Shown here piece after piece: positions 56,216 through 64,000 of a stretch of DNA of 64,000 bases. The DNA is from Octopus vulgaris. Its lineage: Eukaryota. Every line of letters begins with the position of its first letter. The first letter of the stretch is position 1. Position numbers and translations under genes: made by a program. Under the pieces are notes generated by a model. It saw only the letters and a list, made by a program, of their open reading frames with translations, was not told where the DNA came from and ran no database searches. Where the stretch lies: NCBI GenBank assembly GCA_951406725.2, contig OX597814.1:31062001-31126000 (forward strand). Reading direction: 5' to 3'.

Positions 56216-57280
56216 CTTATATATATATTTTTCATACACACTCACACGTACGGTCTAAATTTAGTACACACATAGTTAATTTGCTTGCATTGTATATTCG
56301 AGGTTCTTCAATTTCCATCCTGATTTTTACGTAGATGTTGTCATAGCACTGATTTAATTTAAGCCATTTATCACAAAAGTACTTAATAGAGCATTTTTGT
56401 GATAAACATCTACAGTATAGAAGAATTAGATGTGCTATGTGAAGTGCAATCATGTATTTTCCATCTATCTTCAATCTTTCTATTTTTTCTATTTCTCCTC
56501 ACAATATATGTATATTTTTTTAAATAGTTTCATTCGGTTCTAAGCGCGCTAAAGTCTCGCAGACATCTAACAGAAACCTAGCTCGTTCAGGTTTATATAA
56601 CCGAATGGAAGAATACAGGATGTCCAAGGGGAATTACAACCGTGTTTCGTGGTCTGCTACAACAACAGCTCCTTTATAGGATCCAGTTAGCTCAAGACAT
56701 CATCAGGAGGAACGACCGTCCGGTTTCGGTCCCTACTCCTCTACCGTTCTGCCGCGGCAACCCCCACTTTCGGAGGTGTCTTCAGCTCTGGTATTGGGTA
56801 CATGTCTTCTTTCTTCTTTCTTCTGTTCCTCTTCGTTGTAGCGTCAATGAGTGTCAGCCGGCCCTTGACTGACTTGTCAAATTTTTTCCCTTTTAATACA
56901 TGCCGTAGGCTCCAGCAGGCAACCCCAGCAAGCTACTGGAAAATGGACTGATATTTAGCAAAGCGTGTCACGTGATGTTGTTAGAAGTAAACTCAGCATT
57001 TCAGTGGCATCAGATGCATTAGAAAGGACAATTTCTTGGACTGTGTGGCTGGCTAGGAAGTAGGTGGCATTTAGGTGTCTGGTCGACCTTTCAAAGGATA
57101 AATATATTGATATCTGATATAAAGAGTGAAATTGTAAAAAGTAAAATGTGAATAGATACAGACACATTGAAAAAAAAAACAAAAATAAAACGTGTGCGCC
57201 TTCGTATAAATATTCACACACAAATATATGAACATATCAAAATACACAGAATGCACATACCTACATATACACTCATGAAA

Positions 57281-57626
57281 TCACTCCCGTATGATGGCTG
57301 CCCCCTCGTTATCGCGAATGGCCATTGCACGAAGCTTAACTGTTATTGGTGCTGTGATCGAATGTGACTTTTTAGCCCGGCTAAAGATTTACAATGACTT
57401 GTACAGAATTGGCAGCTAAAACCTCTACCGGCAAGAGCCGGCTGTAGTTGTAACTGGGCTGCATACCATTTAAGTCTTCCCGCCGAATTACACTCTCTTC
57501 CACATGCCTGACAGATATGAATAGTATGGTGTGTAACACCACCACCAGTGGCCAGGTTGTCACTAATCTATCTCGCTTCATGACTATGAAGATGCCTCTT
57601 GAGTTCAGCTTTACTGAGGCAGGGTC
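57281..57626 (-). pseudogene. RTE-like LINE 3' end with tandem C2H2 zinc fingers
   Basis: PCLSKAELKRHLHSH, ICQACGRECNSAGRLKW and FSCQFCTSHCKSLAGLKSHIRSQH* (stop at 57345-57343), then a short 3' UTR. Confidence 0.75.
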
Positions 57627-58297
57627 ATACATACACGCATGCACAAGCGCAAAGGCGCATACACAGGTACATACCCGTATACAAACACACATGTATGCAT
57701 ACATATATAAATGTTAAGTGGCAAGTTATTTCGTTTCAAAATTAATATTCATTTCATCATTTGTATAAGTATAAACATTTGATTGAAGTAAAATTATAAT
57801 TATATCATAACATATTTCCTGATATCAACCACAGTGGCAAAGTCTAATTGCAAATTTACCCATTATATGACAGGTTAAGTATTAATAACAAGCATTGCAT
57901 AGTATGACTTAAAAAAAAACACCGGATTTAATGTCGATATAGATGATCTTTAATTTGTTCTAAAATATGTTTGTTTTCAAATATGGATTTTCTTAAAATA
58001 ATATTTATAGCAATTGAAAAACTACATATATATAAAATGTGATTATTATTTTGAGATTCCTAATAATTAGATGCATTCGAGAGCACACAAACACACACAC
58101 ACACCCACACACACACACACACGCACACACACACACATACACATAAATAGATGCCATGAACAGTTGGACTATTATTTGTCAACAGAAGTGACGTAGTCTA
58201 AGTAACAACTACAACAAAAATAGCAGGTGAGTTGACCCGATGACGTGTTTCGAGTGAATGAAATATTTTCGAAAACAATGAATTTCTGAATACTTAG

Positions 58298-58662
58298 AGC
58301 AGGAGTGGCTGTGTGGTAAGTAGCTTGCTTACGAACCACATGGCAATTTGAGCAAATGTCTTCTACTATAGCCTCGGGCCGACCAAAGCCTTATGTGTGG
58401 ATTCGGTAGACGGAAAATGAAAGAAGCCCGTCGTATATATGCATATATGTGTATTTGTATGTGTATATGTTTGTGTGTTTGTGTTTGTCCGCCCAACATC
58501 GCTTGACAACCGATGGTGGTCTGTTTACGTCCCCGTAACTTAGCGGTTCGGCAAAAGAGAGCGATATAATAACTACTAGGCTTACAAAGAATAAGTCCTG
58601 GGGTCGATTTGCTCGACTAAAGGCGGTACTCCAGCATAGCCGCAGTAAAATGACTGAAACAT
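58298..58662 (+). mobile_element. Family A SINE
   Basis: Near-full copy with a small deletion in the head. Confidence 0.9.
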
Positions 58663-58679
58663 ATATATATATATATGTT

Positions 58680-58725
<46 letters not shown>

Positions 58726-58761
58726 CATATATATATATATATTTATGTGTATATATATATG

Positions 58762-58806
<45 letters not shown>

Positions 58807-58820
58807 CTGATTATATATAC

Positions 58821-59005
58821 ATATTAACCAAAAAGAAGCAGTCAGAACTGTGGATAATTCTTTATTGGCGCTTTCGTTCGATTAACCGAACTCTTCAAGA
58901 AGAATTAAAACCAATTTTTAATGTTTCTTGGAGAGTTCGGATAAACGAACGAAAGCGCTAATAAAGAATTATCCAAAATTCTGATTGCCTACTTTTGCTT
59001 AATAT
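58821..59005. mobile_element. Fold-back with a hammerhead-like motif in each arm
   Basis: Plus strand 58928-58966: TTGGAGA-gttcg-gataaa-cgaac-GAAA-gcgc-TA-ataaag. Minus strand 58898-58861: TTGAAGA-gttcg-gttaat-cgaac-GAAA-gcgc-CA-ataaa. Confidence 0.75.
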
Positions 59006-59563
59006 ACAATATCTGTACACCCCTTTAAACACTATACACACATATGTATGTATATGTATATACGTGTGTGTTAGTTTCATTTTATGTTCAGTTATAATAA
59101 AGACAATTTTAGATTAATCTGATGGGTTATCATATACTTTTGTAGAGTACAAATTTATTATTGTTAAACAAGAATATTATTGACACTGACTTATGTAGCT
59201 GTGTGAATATGATCGTGCGTGCATACGTATGTGTTTGTGTGTGCTCGCTCGCCTGTGTATGCGCGTATTATAAGTATGATTTCGAAAAATCTAGTCTGTA
59301 AAGCATCAGCTATTGTGAAAACATTATTTTACTTATTTGTAGTGTAATCGGAGTTGATAGAATTCGCTCGAAGGAACATGTGGAGGAGAAAGTTTAGAGC
59401 TTACGGTCAATGAACACTTTTATAAATCACACACACAAAGTTATATGTGTATATATATACATGTATATATATGCATGTATGTATGTATGTATGTATATGT
59501 ATGTAAATGCATATATATATGTATGTGTGTGTGAGTCTGTATATGTATATTTTAATGTATGTA

Positions 59564-59604
<41 letters not shown>

Positions 59605-59628
59605 GTATATATATATACATATACATAC

Positions 59629-59667
<39 letters not shown>

Positions 59668-59745
59668 CATACATATATATATATATATATATTTATATAT
59701 ATGTAGGTATATTACTACCAGAGTGCGCGCTCACACTACCATACG

Positions 59746-59793
<48 letters not shown>

Positions 59794-60659
59794 AACGTAT
59801 TGCTACAAACTTGGATGCGTGATTTTGCTCTTGTCTTCTGTGTATTTGTGAGTGTATCATTCATTTATTTTTTGTATTTAGCAACGAAGTATCAACAATG
59901 AAATTGCAATAAGAATATCTCACGGCTATGAAAAAAAAAATTACTTATTCGAAATGTCAACTAATTTTTATATTGTGATCCACCATCGTTTTTATACTAT
60001 TTTTTCTCACTATATTCTTTCGGTATTTTCTTATTCATTCATTCGCTTCTTTTTTTGTTTTTGTAGGGTTTTTTTACTCTAGAAATATTTCCTTTAGGGG
60101 AAATGCTTTGCATGAAAGCTATTCATGTCTAAATAGTGTTTGTTGAATTCATGCAAATATGTCTGCAAGATATTTTATGCGCATGCGTTAGTGACGTTCA
60201 TATCCGTTGTTAGTTCTCAATTTTCTCCATTGTTGATTGGAAATTATCCAGATTCTGTTGCGGCATTAAAGGACTATTGCTCAAAAATGTGCAGTATAGC
60301 TGAAACACGAAGTGGTATCGTAGAATTTAGTGCGAAGAATTAACAGAAACATTAAACGTCGAGAATATCCCGAGGTAAACTCAGATTTGGAATTGTGCCG
60401 GACTGTAATGAATATAGCCTGTAGAATTGTTTCGCCATAAGTATGCCCTCTAGGTTTCCAATACAGAAATATACACACGCAAATAGACATGTGTTCGCAC
60501 ACACACACACACACGCATGCACACACACACGCATGCACACACACACACACACACGAACAAACATGATGTAATCAGTATTTGTATGTATGTGCAACAATGT
60601 TAGTTCAGGCTAATCGCTTGATATAAGTGTATATACACAAGATAAATATATTCCAATAA

Positions 60660-61235
<576 letters not shown>

Positions 61236-61670
61236 TCGCTTCTACAGCACATGTTCCCGGGTTCAATCCTCCTGCGTGGGGCCTTGGATAGGTGTCGGAG
61301 TGACCAAAGTCTTGTGAGTTGATTTGGGAGGCGGAAACTGAAAGTGTGTGTCACTTGGTGTCTGTTGTGTTTGTCTCGCTTGACAATCAGTGTTTATGTC
61401 CCCGTAACATAGCAGTTCGGCCTAAGAGAACGATAGAATAATTACTAGGCTTAAAATAGAAGCGCTGTCTGTGGTCGATTTCTTTTACTAAAGGCGATGC
61501 TCCAGCATGACCACAATCAAATGACTGCGTCAAGTAAAAGAATAAATGAATATTTATATGATCCTACAAACATAGATATAAGCTTTGATATACACACGCA
61601 CACACTCCCATACACATCTCTGTCTGTCTGTCTGTATGTTTCTCTTTCTCTGTCTCTGTCTATCTTTATC

Positions 61671-61709
<39 letters not shown>

Positions 61710-62011
61710 TCATCTAAACCTCTAAGCCCTGCGAATATTCGTACTGTTTATTTATATGCCATTAGAGCAATTATTTTCAAGCTGTATGTATATTTCGCTA
61801 TCTTATTACAATGAATCTCAACTTTACATATATATTAATCATAATCTTTTTTGATACTATTTGTACGTAAAATATGTCGCTTTATGTCCATAGACTGTTT
61901 ATTTACATTTTCATATACACACACACACACACACACATACACACATACACACACACAAACACTCTCTCACACACACACACACACACATACACACATACAC
62001 ACACACAAACA

Positions 62012-62050
<39 letters not shown>

Positions 62051-62057
62051 TTACTCA

Positions 62058-62324
62058 TTTACTCTTTTACTTGTTTCAGTCATTTGACTATGGCCATGCT
62101 GGAGCACCGCCTTTAGTCGAGCAAATCGACACCAGGACTTATTCTTCGTAAGCATAGTACTTATTCTATCGGTCTCTTTTGCCGAACCGCTAAGTTATGG
62201 AGATGTAAACACACCAGCATCGGCTGTCAAGCGATTTTGAGGGTGGGGGACAAACACAGACATACAAACATATACGCACACACGCACACACACACACATA
62301 CACACACACGCATACACACATACC

Positions 62325-62397
<73 letters not shown>

Positions 62398-62553
62398 GAC
62401 GGGCTTCTTTCAGTTCCCATCTACCAAATCTACTCACAAGGATTTGGTCGGCCCGAGGCTATAGTAGAAGACACTTGCCCGAGGTGGCACGCAGTGGGAC
62501 TGAACCGGGAACAATGTGGTTCGTAAGCAAGCTACTTACCACACAGTTACACC
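62058..62553 (-). mobile_element. Full-length family A SINE
   Basis: Complete reverse-complement copy. Confidence 0.94.
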
Positions 62554-62824
62554 TATCTATAAATGTGTGTGTAAGTATTAGTAAATGGGGGGGGGGGTCA
62601 TGAAATTCGTAAGAATTCTAGACTCACAGGAGGCATAGAAAGGGCAAGCAATTCAATGAATCCAAAATATTCCACAGAAACTGAGAATCCATCAAACACA
62701 AAGTATAAAATAAAACAAGTAAAAGAATGAAGATAGTGGTATCGCATTTAATATCCAGTCAGGATCGTTTGAATAACTGGCAATACACTTGAATTATTTA
62801 ACATGCTGTAGCATATATATATGT

Positions 62825-63075
62825 GGAGGCGCGTGGCTTAGTGGTTAGGGAGTCAGCATCATGATCGTAAGATTGTAGTTTTGATTCCTGACCGAGCGAC
62901 GCGTTGTCTTCTTGAGCAAAACACTTCATTTCACGTTGCTCCAGTCCACTCAGCTGGCAAAAATGAGTAACGCTGCGATGGACTGGCGTCCCGTCCAGCT
63001 GGAGAACACATACGCCATTGAAACCAGGAAACCGGGCCCATGAGACTGGCTAGGCTTTAAAAGGACGCATTTATT
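62825..63075 (+). mobile_element. tRNA-derived SINE (family D-related head)
   Basis: GGAGGCGCGTGGCTTAGTGGTTAG A-box, B-box-like gttttgattcc and CORE/V-like TTCTTGAGCAAAACACTT. Confidence 0.82.
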
Positions 63076-63817
63076 TATTTTTTTAATATATATACATACA
63101 ATAATTAAGTAAGTCCTTGAGATATAAAAATGAAATCTACACCTATAATTTCATCATGACTTTCAAAACGTGGTTGTACAGATGGACAAACACAGTTAGA
63201 TATAAAAGTAGTGTGAGGGGTTTAAAATTGCTTAGCGAGAAATTAAGTAGGCTGGCACATATAAAGAGAACACAAAGTAAAGAATTACATAAACTACAAG
63301 ATAATATCACTTGTGTTGTGAAGGTCTCTAGTTACAAGTAGGTAAAATGATGGATTTTGCTGTTAACAGACTGAGAAGAGAGGAAGTTATTCATATTCAA
63401 GTAGCAGCCTGTACAGCAAATATTTCCCAGAGAGAAATTTATAAGCGAATAAGAACAACACCTACAATAACACCAAACGAACAAAGAGGAGAAAAAAGGG
63501 AGAATAAAGAGGAAGGGAAAAGGAATGGGAGTGAGAGAAATATGTGAGAATTCAACTATGACAAACAGAAAAATACAAATATACATTCGCACTTACATAT
63601 ACTTATCAAGTTTTATTAACCATTGAAAATTTATTAATTGTATTGTTACTTAAGCTATTGTGAGAAGCACGCGTAGATTCATTGTAAATATACATGCTAC
63701 ATCGTGATATATTAAGGCTGAACACTTACTACCAGGATATTTAAAAAAAAGTGTTCGTACCTCTATAGGTATGTATGCATGTATGTATTTATTTATTTAT
63801 ATATTTATTTAGGTGTG

Positions 63818-64000
63818 TAGGGAGAATTCACAAAAAAAGCAAAAGACGAAGACACGTGGTGAAGTGAAGAAAACAAACAGATGTATTAGTTTAACGCTCG
63901 GGAAATGAAAAATTCTTTAACGTTTCGAGCCTACGTTCTTCCACAGAAAGGAACACAAAATGAAACGAGAAGTGAACGTAAAGAATGTGTAGTTGCTAGC
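63818..64000 (-). mobile_element. Third copy of the 26022 family, hammerhead-like motif at 63915-63950
   Basis: Minus strand: cttt-CTGTGGA-a-gaac-gtag-gctc-GAAA-cg-TT-aaag. Confidence 0.72.

Noticed and set aside
60140-60380. Cys-containing ORF (…LKDYCSKMCS…) with a possible donor
   Set aside because: No ATG or acceptor, in-frame stops and no recognisable domain.

Overview
This is AT-rich animal genomic DNA, not prokaryotic. It is saturated with microsatellites and its SINE families look like those of octopus/coleoid cephalopods (recognised from sequence, not from a search). Almost all ORFs in the supplied track are translations of (TA)n/(CA)n/(TATC)n repeats or SINEs. Real coding signal is limited to retrotransposon and DNA-transposon remnants (Penelope-like RT and GIY-YIG, Dong/R4-like RT, an RTE zinc-finger tail, Tc1/mariner), one good signal-peptide exon on the minus strand (~49.9 kb) and a possible PAN/lectin-type pseudo-exon (~33.7 kb). 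Larger-scale structure includes a young ~4.56-kb tandem duplication (23.2-32.2 kb) and an older ~1.1-kb paralogous block (18.7 and 50.4 kb). The main unexplained signal is about 14 short ORF-less elements from roughly ten sequence families. Each carries a complete, variant or partial type I hammerhead-ribozyme motif about 40-260 nt from an end that usually abuts a (TA)n/(TG)n tract. Several have non-canonical cores (U3-A8 covariation, U4C, extra A after A9) and several form direct-repeat or fold-back structures. They most likely represent a miniature Penelope-terminus/retrozyme-like system. All coordinates were read by eye and may be off by a few bases; no folding, alignment or database search was run.
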